From Selaginella moellendorffii (lineage: Eukaryota; Plantae; Lycopodiophyta): 64,000 nt of DNA. Position numbers and translations under genes: made by a program. The DNA lies in contig NW_003314264.1 of assembly GCF_000143415.4 (NCBI RefSeq), positions 1,442,733 to 1,506,732 on the forward strand, written 5' to 3'. Numbering within the stretch: position 1 is the stretch's first letter; every line of letters begins with the position of its first letter. Shown in pieces: positions 12,807 through 24,600 of this stretch. The notes under the pieces were generated by a model. It ran no database searches and was not told where the DNA came from. It was given only the letters and a program-made list of their open reading frames with translations.

Positions 12807-13209
12807 AAATATCAATTTGCAAAGTTGAGCAAGTGGCATATGTTGGGACCCGAAGGCGCGCCAAAGGTAAGCTAATTACCATGGGTTGGATAGGTCGACC
12901 AGGCGTAGGGCACTACGCCCGACTCCCCGCGGGGATGTCGAATCCGTAGACGTATTCTACAGAGGTTGGGTTCGAGTCCCAACCCCCTAGTAAAGCAAGG
13001 CTGGGTTCAAGTCCCGACCCTATACTAGGGCGTGGTGAAGTGAGGAGTATAGGGACACCTATATTCCGTTGTCATGGGCTCTTGGCCGGGGAGGCTAACT
13101 TAGGCACACCACTAAGTGGGGGGATGCCCCCGGAGACATGGACAACAAGTCGTAGGATAAAACGAGACATTCGATGTGGGCATCGAACTTCTTCTATGGG
13201 TGGTGGAGT

Positions 13210-14340
13210 TGTAAGGAACCGACTCCCCGAGATGTCGTAGGCTAAAGGATCCCCAAAAGCTTGACCGAAATGACAAAGAGTTCATCGGATGGGACCAAGT
13301 CGAGGATCGAGTCCAAGACCGACTCTAGGACCGAGTTCGAGATAGAGTCCGGAATCGAGTCCGAGACCGACTCGGGGACCGAGTTCGAGTCCGAGTTCGA
13401 GACTGAGTTCGAGACGGAGTCTGGATCCGAAATCGGGTCCGAGACCGAGTCCGAGGTCGAGTCCGAGGTCGGGTCCGAGATCGGGTCCGAGATCGAGTCC
13501 GTGATCGAGTCCGAACCCGAATCCGAAGTCAGATCCGAAATCGGGTCCGAGATCGAGCCAGAGACTAAGTCCAAATACTAATACGGGTCAAGGGGTGAAA
13601 GCCCAAAGCGTGCGTCTCCCAGGGGGGGGGGGGGCTGCAGGGGGTTCCAAAAGTATAGTAGGGATAGTGAGGTCCAGGAACCAGTTTTGAAGGGACTCTC
13701 CAGTTGGGCTTCCAAACCGACTTGAGGTTGAGACTGGGACTGAGGGGCCTTGGGTGGGAGTGAGCATGGACTTGGCTGGTGCCGGAGGGGCCATCCAAGG
13801 AAGTGCTCAAGAGCAGCTCCCACTCCCGAAAGGGAAACCGATTGCGGTGCTCCCGGCTCATGTGGAGTGGTGCCCCACTTGAGTACCATGCGGCTCATTG
13901 GTCCTCGCCCTTCCTAGGGGCTTGAAGTGGGGGGCGAGAGGTACCCATACCGGGCCGCTAGGCCACGGTGTTTCGCCCCGGCATCCCGAAGCAAGTGTTG
14001 CACTCAAGACTTGGGATTTAGAGGGTCCCATGATCAAGTCTTGTGGTACCAAGGGATGTTAGGAACCTGGAAGCTTGGTGTGCTTGGCTGCTTGTGCTTG
14101 CGGGGAGTGTAGCCGAACCTTAAGTCCAGTCTAACCCGGGGAGGGGGATTGGGAGTGATTTGGGAATCCGTGGAAGGATGGCTAACACCCCGTTGCTCGT
14201 GCAGTGAGTAGCTGAAACCAAGTAGGAGCTGGTACCATAGGCGAGAACCTTGGCGAGGGGACTTAGCAAAAGCCAAGGCAGTGTTGGACGGATAGACGAG
14301 GTAAGCTGGCAAATTGGAAAGGAAAAATTTGTGGCTTACA
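13210..14340 (+). repeat. Chromovirus 3' LTR
   Basis: Direct repeat of 6825-7975, preceded by the polypurine tract. Confidence 0.97.
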
Positions 14341-14989
14341 TGCTCCTCTTCCTTTCCACAGTCTAGGCCTTTGAAGCTCTATTTCGTTAAAGTGGGATTT
14401 ATTCAGTAAAATGGGACTAGGTACAAATTTTCAAGTATTTGAAAATGACGTGAAATTATATGTTTTTTGTCCAGGGGCTAGACATATCTGGGGCATGGTG
14501 ACTAGCGCGGTGACTTTGTGTCCAGACTGAGTCCATCTGGTTGTATAAAAAATCTCATTGTCAAGGTGAACAAGCCGAATCTGAAGCTAAAGAAGAGCGA
14601 TGGCATGCGCGCACACACTATTTGTTTGTTCATTGAGCGTGTGGTGAGCTTTCCAAGATGAACATCATTCCTATTAGCCAGACATATAACTTAATGGTGA
14701 GAACATTTAGATATTATTCAATGTTATCTTTTTCTAACGAATCTAATTGTGAAGGTGTAGCAAGAGGCATTGCTAGTCTGGAAAAGTCATTTAACTCATT
14801 TGACCCTTAGTGTATTTTCATGAAACTAAATAACATTCATATTATTAAGGAATTTCTCTAGTACCTTTTTTTTACGACATAGAGGCTTGCATTTCTTTCA
14901 AAGGTGATTTAGTAAAAGGCCTGAGGGCACATGCCATTCTATTTCTCAGACCGGTATTAAGATATACTAGTGCAAAGGGCCACATGCCA

Positions 14990-17900
14990 TCACGCCTCCT
15001 CTGATTCAGATTCGGATTGTTCACCTTGAAATAAAATACATTAGAAACTTAGTAAAGGAATATTAATGAATCTCACCTTGAACCCGGGTTATGAATGCTC
15101 TTGCTGCATCTCTTGCATGGTCTGGCAAGGTGATGGTGGCACTCTGCTTCCGCATCCAACCATGCACAACATTATCCACCGATATGCTCATGCTGGGATC
15201 CCTTGGATTCAGCACCCATCTCTTTTCTAGGCAATCCTTCGTATATCCGGAACTTGACTTGAACCACTCCACAGTTACATTGAAGGAGTTAGTTTCCGCA
15301 TCCTCCTCTGCATCAGTGATGCAGCGCCCCACCCATATCATTTGTTTTTTATTACTGGGTCTGACAAGCACGACCATTCCTTTGCAGACCTGTACTGGAT
15401 TGAATGATGAATCCGGCTTCTTGTTCCTCGGCCCACAATAGTGATCCTCAACATCGTTATCTGTCACTGCATTTCCAGAGGACATTGTTCCGCTACTATC
15501 TGGTGCTCTGGGTTCTGGCCAAAAGGACTCTTCCAATTCTTCATATACAACCGGCCCATTTTGGATAGCAGATATAATCTTCTCCCAGTATTCGAGCAAA
15601 GGCTTGCACCTCTTAAAATAGGATTCTCCACCAAACACCAACCCCCTCTTCCAGAAGGCAATATGCTGTCTAATCCCGGCCACTATACTTTCCTGGTCTT
15701 TGAGTCCATCCGGGTGCATCGGCCGTGGGGAACCCTGAGGAATCATAGGTTCCCCAATTATGGGATCTCTCTTGAAGAGTTCAATGCCATCCACTGGCAG
15801 CCACACTGTGTCCCATTCTCTCATCTTGTACCTCATCACTGGAGCACCGTCACGCATGCTGAAATGAAACTGAAGAGGCTTGGAGTGGCCAATCAGCGTT
15901 TCGGATCCGTCCCTGATGTAGCCTCTTACAAACCCCTTAAAGTCTGGAACCTCTGTCACAAGTGCAGCTTCAACAGTGCCTTTGATGCAATTTTGGAATT
16001 CATCGTAGAGTTGTGGGAGGGTGAGGACATTGGATCGCCGGAGGGACTCTGCCAGGTGACTGAACATGGCATCGACGTCTTCATGAGTGTGCCCAACCAT
16101 GAGAAAGCCAAGTGTAACCGTTTCAAATATGCCTTTGGCAACAAGCATCGCCAAGTACGCGAAGACGTACATGTTTTTGTTCTCACTGCCAGCATTGTCT
16201 GTTTGGAGCAGAAGATGGGGTGGAAGGCCACATCGGCCGCAAGAACTTCCTTGAGATTCTGCTTCGTTTGGATGAGGCTGTGCATTCACCGGGCGACCAG
16301 CCTCGTCGTAATGGCATGAGGCCTCACGTGATAACCCTACAATCTGACGGCCAACATATTCACTAGGATGGCATGGGGCCCCACGCGATACTGCAAGCCT
16401 TTGCTCCTCCTCCAGCTGAACCCTGTATGGGGTTCGATCGACAAGGGCCTTATGCAAGGGTTGGCCGTTCAGCTCAGTCTGCGCACTTTGCAGAGACCTT
16501 AAGTGTTTTGCTAAGGACGCAATCATCATGTTTGCACCCCCGCCACCCCATAGAGGCACAAAGAAGTTCCCATAGTTCTGGGCACCATGCCCATGAGCGA
16601 TTATGCCAAACAGAGACACAGGCAGCTGCATGGATGAAGAGATTGCCTTGGGGGCAGGATTGAGTCGAGGTAAGCACGTCTTTTTCTGATCCATTTTGTC
16701 GTGGATGATGCAGAGGTAAGAGTCAGGTCTCTCCATGGAGAGAATCCTGTTATGATAATATGCAGTCCTGCAGCTTCTCTGCTCGATGTTGTGGTCGAGC
16801 CGCCTTCTAACCAACGTCTCTCGCTCTTGAGCGCTGCAAGAATTCTTCGACAAAGCCATTTTGATAGCAGTGCACTCGTCACACTTTGAAAAGCTGGAGT
16901 ACTTTCCTATACTCACATCCCTGAACCTGTTGCTCCACAATCTACTAAATCTAGATTGGCTCAGCTTCCTGTAGCCATTACTCTGGAGTTCCTGATTCAC
17001 ATCTTCCAATATGGCCCCCTTGGTATACATGGAAGGGAGAACTCGTTGGGTGTCTCGTGTTCCATCTTCCAAGAGGCAGGTTTTATGTGGTTGCTGCTCG
17101 CTACATGTCTCGACAAACCTCTTGAAGATTGCCTCTCCATATACAACATGACCCCTGGTTTTGTGCGTACCGTCGTTCCCATGGACTGCCTGTTGAACCC
17201 TTTGTTCCTCGAACTCAGTTTTGATTCTGTAGAATGTGGTTCGAGGGACTCCATAAATGATTCTCCATGCCTTCATGCAGACCAAACCCCTCTGGAAGAC
17301 CATGCCCCCCACCTGATGTTCTGAAGCATCAACAGATGACCGTAATGCCTCATACACAAAATTGCGAGCTGCCTTCCAGGACAATGTCTTGTATCTTGCT
17401 CTCTCCTCTTCAATAGCATCCCAATCAGCATGTTGACAGCACCTCCTCTTGCAACAAGCAACTGTCGAGACCATTCGAACCTCCATCGCCATTTTCTGCC
17501 TTTTCGGTTCGTTGCTCAGATCCCTTTGGCTGCGCTGTAGGAAGGTGTACTTTCTTTTCCCATGAAGAGATGTTCTGTCATCAGTTGTAGTGGTGTTTGA
17601 TTGTGAATCCTTCACATTCTCAAACACTAAATGCCTCAATTTCCACCGCACAATGCTTCCAATAGTCAGACTGTTTTCTTCTGTGTCAACAACCTCTAAA
17701 ATTGCAACTCCAATATCATCCCAGCCCAATTCTTGATTAGCAACCGCATCTCTTGGATCGACAACTGTGGCTAAGCCCTCAGCTACCACCTCCCCCTCGG
17801 GGTTGTTTAGAAACACCTTTGCCTGAATCCATGTAGCACGGTTCTTAAGATCCACGGAGGGAACATGCGTCGCACTTGCGCTGTCCCCAACATCTGCTTT

Positions 17901-18131
17901 CTTCTGAAGATTTTTCAAGGCAACAACAACATTTACCCCGACGACCATCTCTCCTCGTTCAATAGCGACCACATTCCCATCGAAGACAGTCTCTACTGAT
18001 ACAGCAGCATTGCCTTCCCCAAGCCTTTGACAGTGTATAACAAAGTTCCGATCCATAGACACAAGGGTCCCTTTTGCAACTCTCTTCCCACCATTCAAAA
18101 TGTAAACCTTTTCCCCAACCCTGAAGGCCAT
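14990..18131 (-). CDS. Sola-like DDD transposase (~1030 aa; probable intron 15025-15076)
   Basis: CCKRRC and VCMKAW..YGV cysteine cluster; KCDEC; IIHDKMDQ; LQTDNAGSENKN; FLMVGHTHEDVDAMFS; 4-bp TSD fits Sola; superfamily assigned from recalled motifs. Confidence 0.8.
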
Positions 18132-18939
18132 TCTGAAAGTGCAGAAAAGAAGTTAAGACCATACAAAAAATGATTGGAGAATGGCCTAAATCATAACATA
18201 CCAAACAACCTCAATAGCATGAGGCCACATGCCATTATTCAAACATGCTATTGACACCCACATGAAATTTCGCATTCACAAAATTGGCATGAGGCCTCAT
18301 GCCATCTTGATATACACACAGCTGCAGGCAAGTAAAAACATACATGACAATACGCTAGCCATGAAATTGCAAGGGCCTAAGATGGCATGTGGCCTCATGC
18401 CATTTCTAAATGTGGTCCTAAACCATTCCATGGTGAACATACCAGGAAGCACAAGTGCCGAATATCAAGAGGAAGCGGTAGCCACACCAAAGACAGTGCC
18501 GCTCGCAACACCGCAACTACTCGTAGCGCCGCTCGCAACACCGCAACTGCTCGTAGCGCCGCTCGCACAAACTGCCACTCGCATAAACTGCCGCTCGCAA
18601 TGGCGCTCGCAATGCCGCAACCGCTTGTAGACGCATAAACCACAGCTCACAACGCCGCTTACACAAGCAGCGCTCACTGCGCTCAGCGGAACCAAGAACA
18701 CGGCGCACAAAAATGATAGACCTAGGAATGAGTTCGAGAATTCAAAAATAACACACGCTTGAACGTCACATCAAATCCTCTGACAAACCAGATCTTATGA
18801 TTCCTCTGACAAATTTCAAACTGAGTAGCTTCTAGACTTTGCTGTCGGAGGTTGAACTTTGTCACATCATGTCCTTGCCTCGATCCAGCTGTGCCATGTC
18901 AGTGATTCGAACTTTGCCATGCCATGTCAGCGATCCGCG

Positions 18940-20797
18940 CCAAGATTATTTGCCGTGTAAAGGAATAATTATGCTGTGTGTGTACGTCCATTTATGGCAA
19001 TATAAGGCCACACGCCATTCAAAGAATAATGCTAGTCGAGCATCTTTTGGTGCATTTTTGGGTTCAAAATTGCATGAGCCCACACGCTATAAAGTTTACC
19101 TGTACCAAAAATAGAAACAGCTTTATTTACTTGGGAATTTATATGGCTGAGGCATTTTTAAACTTACAAACACATGCCCTACTTACATTCCTTTGGTTGC
19201 TTAAAATTCAAAAATATTATAAACCTTTCTTTTTGCATTTTCAATGTTTTCAATTATGGTTTTTGATTTTCGCAGGACCAGCCTAGTAATCTATTTGCAT
19301 CCCGTCATGTTTATAGCTAGCTTTCGTTTGTCCCCTTCGCTAGCCTGAGATACATCTGCTCGGCATCTGCCTCTTACAGCATTTGCCCAGAAAGGGCATC
19401 TTTCTTCACGCAGCATTTGCCACATGTTTAGGGTTAGGGTTTAGGGTTTAGGGTTTAGCAATTCAGTAGCTTGATAAACATGCAAATACAGAACTTGATG
19501 AAAAATCCTTGGATATGTCACAATGCCCTTAGGACCATAAACACATTTCAATAGAGAGGGTCCTTTCATTTCATAACTCCTTATGTAGATCTTGGTGAAA
19601 CCAGAGTTAGTGAAGTTGGTTTCTTGTGATCCCGCATCTGATTGTGATGTCCCTTTGCAGTGTCGATGGAAAGGTCAATGCACACCAAACTGTAGAATCT
19701 TGGAGCAAAATAACGGTCGGATCTATGGCAAATGCCCCTGAAACATTGTAAGGCTCGTGTGGTCTCATGTGGTGTCCGATCGAGATGCTTCTTTGCAGGG
19801 TCATCAAGAAGGACATTGTATACCATTCTGTAAAATCTAGTTGCGATCTAACGGTTGGATCTCCAGGAAACTCAAAACAATCTCGCGCGTGTCAGAATAT
19901 TCTAGAAATATACTCCTATGTGCTCCAAGATTATTCGCCGTGTAAAGGAATAATTATGCTGTGTCATTTATGGCAATATAAGGCCACACGCCATTCAAAG
20001 AATAATGCTAGTCGAGCATTTTTTGGTGCATTTTTTGGTTCAAAATTGCATGAGCCCACACGCTATAAAGTTTACCTGTACCAAAAATAGAAACAGCTTT
20101 ATTTACTTGGGAATTTAAGTGGTTGAGGCATTTTTAAACTTACAAACACATGCCCTACTTACATTCCTTTGGTTGCTTACATTCCTTTGGTTGCTAGCTT
20201 TCGTTTGTCCCCTTCACTAGCCTGAGATACATCTGCTCGGCATCTGCCTCTTACAGCATTTGCCCAGAAAGGGCATCTTTCTTCACGCAGCATTTGCCAC
20301 ATGTTTAGGGTTTAGGGTTTAGGGTTTAGCAATTCAGTAGCTTGATAAACATGCAAATACAGAACTTGATGCAAAATCCTTGGATATGTCACAATGCCCT
20401 TAGGACCATAAACACATTTCAATAGAGAGGGTCCTTTCATTTCATAACTCCTTACGTAGATCTTGGTGAAACCAGAGTTAGTGAAGTTGGTTTCTTGTGA
20501 TCCCGCATCTGATTGTGATGTCCCTTTGTAGTGTCGATGGAAAGGTCAATGCACACCAAACTGTAGAATCTTGGAGCAAAATAACGGTCGGATCTATGGC
20601 AAATGCCCCTGAAACATTGTAAGGCTCGTGTGGTCTCATGTGGTGTCCGATCGAGATGCTTCTTTGCAGGGTCATCAAGAAGGACATTGTATACCATTCT
20701 GTAAAATCTAGTTGCGATCTAACGGTTGGATCTCCAGGAAACTCAAAACAATCTCGCGCGTGTCAGAATATTCTAGGAATATACTCCTATGTGCTCC
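18940..20797 (+). repeat. Tandem duplication (~0.99 kb + ~0.87 kb) in the transposon spacer, each unit with a short (TTTAGGG)n tract
   Basis: Units begin CCAAGATTATT at ~18940 and ~19925; telomere-type repeats at 19427-19458 and 20304-20329. Confidence 0.92.
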
Positions 20798-21229
20798 TGA
20801 AAATGGCATGCGGCCCCACGCCATTCAAGAGATAACGCCAGATGACGCCGAGCATTTTTTGGTGCATTTTTTGGGATCAAAATTGCATGAGCCCACATGC
20901 TTGAACGTCACATCAAATCCTCTGACAATTTATTTAGCTGAACATCTGGCATTTTTGGAAATACAAGATGCTTTGGAATATCCAATCATGCATGGTATAA
21001 ATATAGCGAGGGTATTAAATGATATCCCAATCATGATCTTTCTTTTGGATTTCGCGTGCATGCAGTCCGAGGAATGATGACGTTGCGGATTTCTTTTGGA
21101 TTTCACGCATGCGCGCGCCGATCCAGAAATTAATGGTGGCGCCCAAGTCCGAGAAATGATGACGTGGCGGGATTACCAACCGTCGTGACATTTCGCGCGT
21201 GTGAGGTTAGGTTTTGCATTTTGCTTCAT

Positions 21230-21420
21230 ACTCGCGCTCGCATACCTCGCGCGCACTCGCGCTCCCACTCGCGCTCGCATCGCGCTCCCACTCGCGCTCG
21301 CATCGCGCTCCCACTCGCGCTCGCATCGCGCTCCCACTCGCGCTCCCACTTCTCTACAGGTTTCTCGTGTGCATCGGCGTCCACTCGCGCTCGCATCGCG
21401 CTCGTGTGCATCGGCGTCCA
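21230..21420 (+). repeat. CG-rich 24-bp minisatellite (CTCGCGCTCGCATCGCGCTCCCA-like) upstream of the cargo gene
   Basis: Directly visible tandem units; a comparable 30-bp CG-rich repeat lies at ~18498-18600 upstream of the transposase. Confidence 0.85.
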
Positions 21421-21623
21421 CTTCAAGACACACCCAGTTTGTAACTTCGCCGCCAACTCCGCCGACCACTCCGCCACCCACACGCAGCCCACTTGGCGTC
21501 CCGGGAGATTTCAGCGCCACTCTCCAACTGTAAGTGGCAGAGTAGCCTTGCTGCTACAATCCGCTGCACACACAGTGCACATTCGCCAGCGAGTCCGGTT
21601 GTCACGCCTCCATTCGGCTTCAA

Positions 21624-24600
21624 ATGGTAAGTCTTTTAGGCCAAGTAGAAAATGGCATGAGGCCACATGCCATTCAGTAGCAACATTGGCATGCACCGAT
21701 TGGGCTCTCGAGTGCAGTCCGGTTACAGATGGCGTGTAGCCTCACGCCATCTTAGGATGCAGCCTCAAGACATCTGATGCAGTGGTGAATGGCGTGTGGC
21801 CTCACGTTATTTCCAGCTACTAGCTTTTCATCTGTCAGCTCTAATTGTTGTGCATTTCTGAACAGGCGAGGAATTGCGTTCTTCTTCCAGCCACTGTCAA
21901 TGTGGATGCAGAGAAGGGGGAGGAGCTCACCAGTTGGACTTTCGGGATAGAAGGCGAGGATCTGAGGCTGTACAACACAGATGGTGGGAGAAAAGAATGC
22001 ATGGGGATCCTCATCCAAGTGACAGACACTCCATGCAGTTCCATGCAAGAATATGGACTGGCACTTGTGGTAGAGACAGCGTCTGCCTTCAAGATCCACC
22101 TTGCACATCCTAGCGGCTTCCCGGAGGGGGGCAGCGGCTATGAGGAATTCCTAGAGGGAGCTAGGGAGAGGTTGTCCAGGAGGCCCACAATTTCAAAGAC
22201 GCTGCGGGTCTATGAAGATCACATGGAATCCACGGACCTCACCTACGGCGATGTTCAAAAACTATATTCCAACATTGAGCCGTTGAGAGTGACTCCAGTT
22301 CGCGAAGCAAAGGGGAAGGGGGTCGATCTGGAAACTACCTCAAAGCAGAAAAGGGTGGTCAAGCTCAAGCCGACGTCCGACTCTCCTGCTCCAAAAAAGA
22401 AGCTACTCAGTGATGCCATTGCCTCGGGTTCGAACACTACACCCACCAAAAAGAAGAGCCGCAAAGAGCAGAAAGAGCAAGAAGAGGCAGCAAAAATCGT
22501 CGCAGATAATAGTACTTGTTACTATTCCAACAATGTATATACAATCGACGTGAGCCGTATCGACATCCAAAGCAAATACAACCACAGGCTAGTATCTGAT
22601 GAGTGGGTGGAGAAACTGAAGCAGAAGATGCTGGCAAGTCCAGTAACACCCGACATCGCAGACGTGATCCCCTACTACCGAACAATGAAGGGCGAGACGA
22701 GGTTTCCAGACTTGATCAATAGGAAGGTGTTGGACGATCAGAACATCCGGTTCTATGCCGTCTCCGGGCAGCATTCTAGCTTGGCGATGCAAGAGATAGT
22801 TGTGGATATTATGGTGGGCGAGGAGGTGAAGAAAGTCTTCAAGACAAGAGTTGTCCGCCTGATAAAAGGCAACTCGCCCCTCCGATCTATCATATACATC
22901 TCCCACGCGCAGAATGTCAAGCAAGAAACGTGCTACAAATCGGGTCTGCACGAGACATTGGCACGAACACGGAAGCTCTGGGTTCAACTGAAGAAGCCAC
23001 AAAAACCAGGACAAGGACGTGCACTAGCAACTAGCGCCTGGCAGGTAAGCCTCGTTGCATGTGGCATAGCATGTGGCCTCACGCCATTTCCATTGCAGGA
23101 ATTCTCGAGTCTTCTCTCGAAAACACTGGGGGTCAATGACACACTCAGCATCCATAACATTCTACTCGCGACAAAAGTTGTTTTTGACAAATGGGTAGAT
23201 GTGCTGAGGAGGTACCATGACGGGGAGTTGCCAAACTCAATGGGTGTGGAGGACGGCCGGAAGCCCAATGATTTGAAGCTCAACGCCTTGCGTTTCTCGC
23301 GGTCTCTAGACGACGACGACCTTCTGACAGTGGCTAATGCTCTTCTACGTGGTGAGGTTGTCTTCAACAAGACCAAAATGACTCCCGGCCATATTGTGAC
23401 ATACGAGGACTTGTGCACGACTCTGAGAGCTCGTGCGCTATTGAAGGATTGGATCTTCGAGCAAGTGGCCGTGGAGAGGGTGAGCATCGACACCACGCAA
23501 GAGATGATGGAAGCGCTGGAGTTGTCAAATGAAGACATCGACGAGTACGTGAAGGGGGCCCCCAAGTTCATCGATCTGCTGCGGGATGCCACGAAAAGTA
23601 AAGCTGAGAAGTTGGATCAGTATCCAAATTTCATTAAGATTGATGTCGACCGCCGGCTTCAGAAACAGCTCAACCCCGCAGCAGAGGCCTATTGAGAACC
23701 TTACTGGGTATACTTGAATTCGGATGAGGATCAAAGGTGGAGGAGCATCGTTTCCCGCGGAGATGAGCAGGTCAAGAACATCTTTTGTGTGATGGACTTC
23801 ACAAACGAGGAGATCACTCATGCAGACGAAGTCAGCTCCATCATTGACTTAATGGTGGGACTTGCAGAGGTGGAATCTTCAGTCCACTATATGATCTACG
23901 ACTCCGAATCCTATCACAAGTTCTGGAAGGCCTTGAACGCGGTGAAGGCTCGGTTGAAAGGCAAGGAGATGCGGGAGATCCATGGGATAATGGCTAAGAA
24001 GAAGATACCGACGAATGTCCGCATCTTCACACTCGCCCTTGTTATTGGTCCTGCAGCAGAGTGGGACTGGAGTGACTTCCCAGCTTCGTTCGACAAGGCC
24101 AATCGAATTGATCTGAGGGAGGTCAATTTACCCGTGCCTGAGGAACTGAAGACGGCTATGGAGCTTTCGAATCCAAAGAAAGCTCCAGGTGCAGCATGGG
24201 AAATGCTCAGCTGGGTCTTCAACGCAATAGCGGGTGGGTCATCTGCTTCCGACTCCAAGGGCAAATGCGTTGTCGAGTACAACTGCGGCGGACTATTCTT
24301 TCGAGCCGCACTACTCAAGGGTGTCCCTTGTGTTGCGGTGACAAACTCCATTGAAGAGATGACTTCAATGGAGCATATAATTACAGTTGCCAAAGAAAAA
24401 CAGTATCTTCTCTGCGAACCTGGTGAGTACACACTTTAAGTTTAAATGTTATCTCACAAGCTCTGTATGCAGGAGCGTGGCCACCCCCAGATGCTGAAAC
24501 GGCGTTAACAGCTACTTTTGAAGATACCCATGTTGGGCCGAGCTCACAACCTGCACAAGGTAAGGTCACGTGAGGCCTCACGCCATTTTGATTATAGATC

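Larger units (their letters stand above)
6825..14340 (+). mobile_element. Full-length Ty3/gypsy chromovirus LTR retrotransposon
   Basis: TSD TGCTC at 6820-6824 and 14341-14345; LTRs 6825-7975 and 13210-14340 (TG..CA); PBS TGGTATCGGAGC 7979-7990; PPT 13196-13209; order gag-PR-RT-RH-IN-chromodomain. Confidence 0.97.

Noticed and set aside
12772-12900. Further intron after the chromodomain
   Set aside because: An AT-rich patch and a GTAAGC donor are present, but no conserved protein motif is available to validate a junction
19427-20329. True telomere or chromosome end
   Set aside because: Only 3-4 repeats, internal to a duplicated transposon segment
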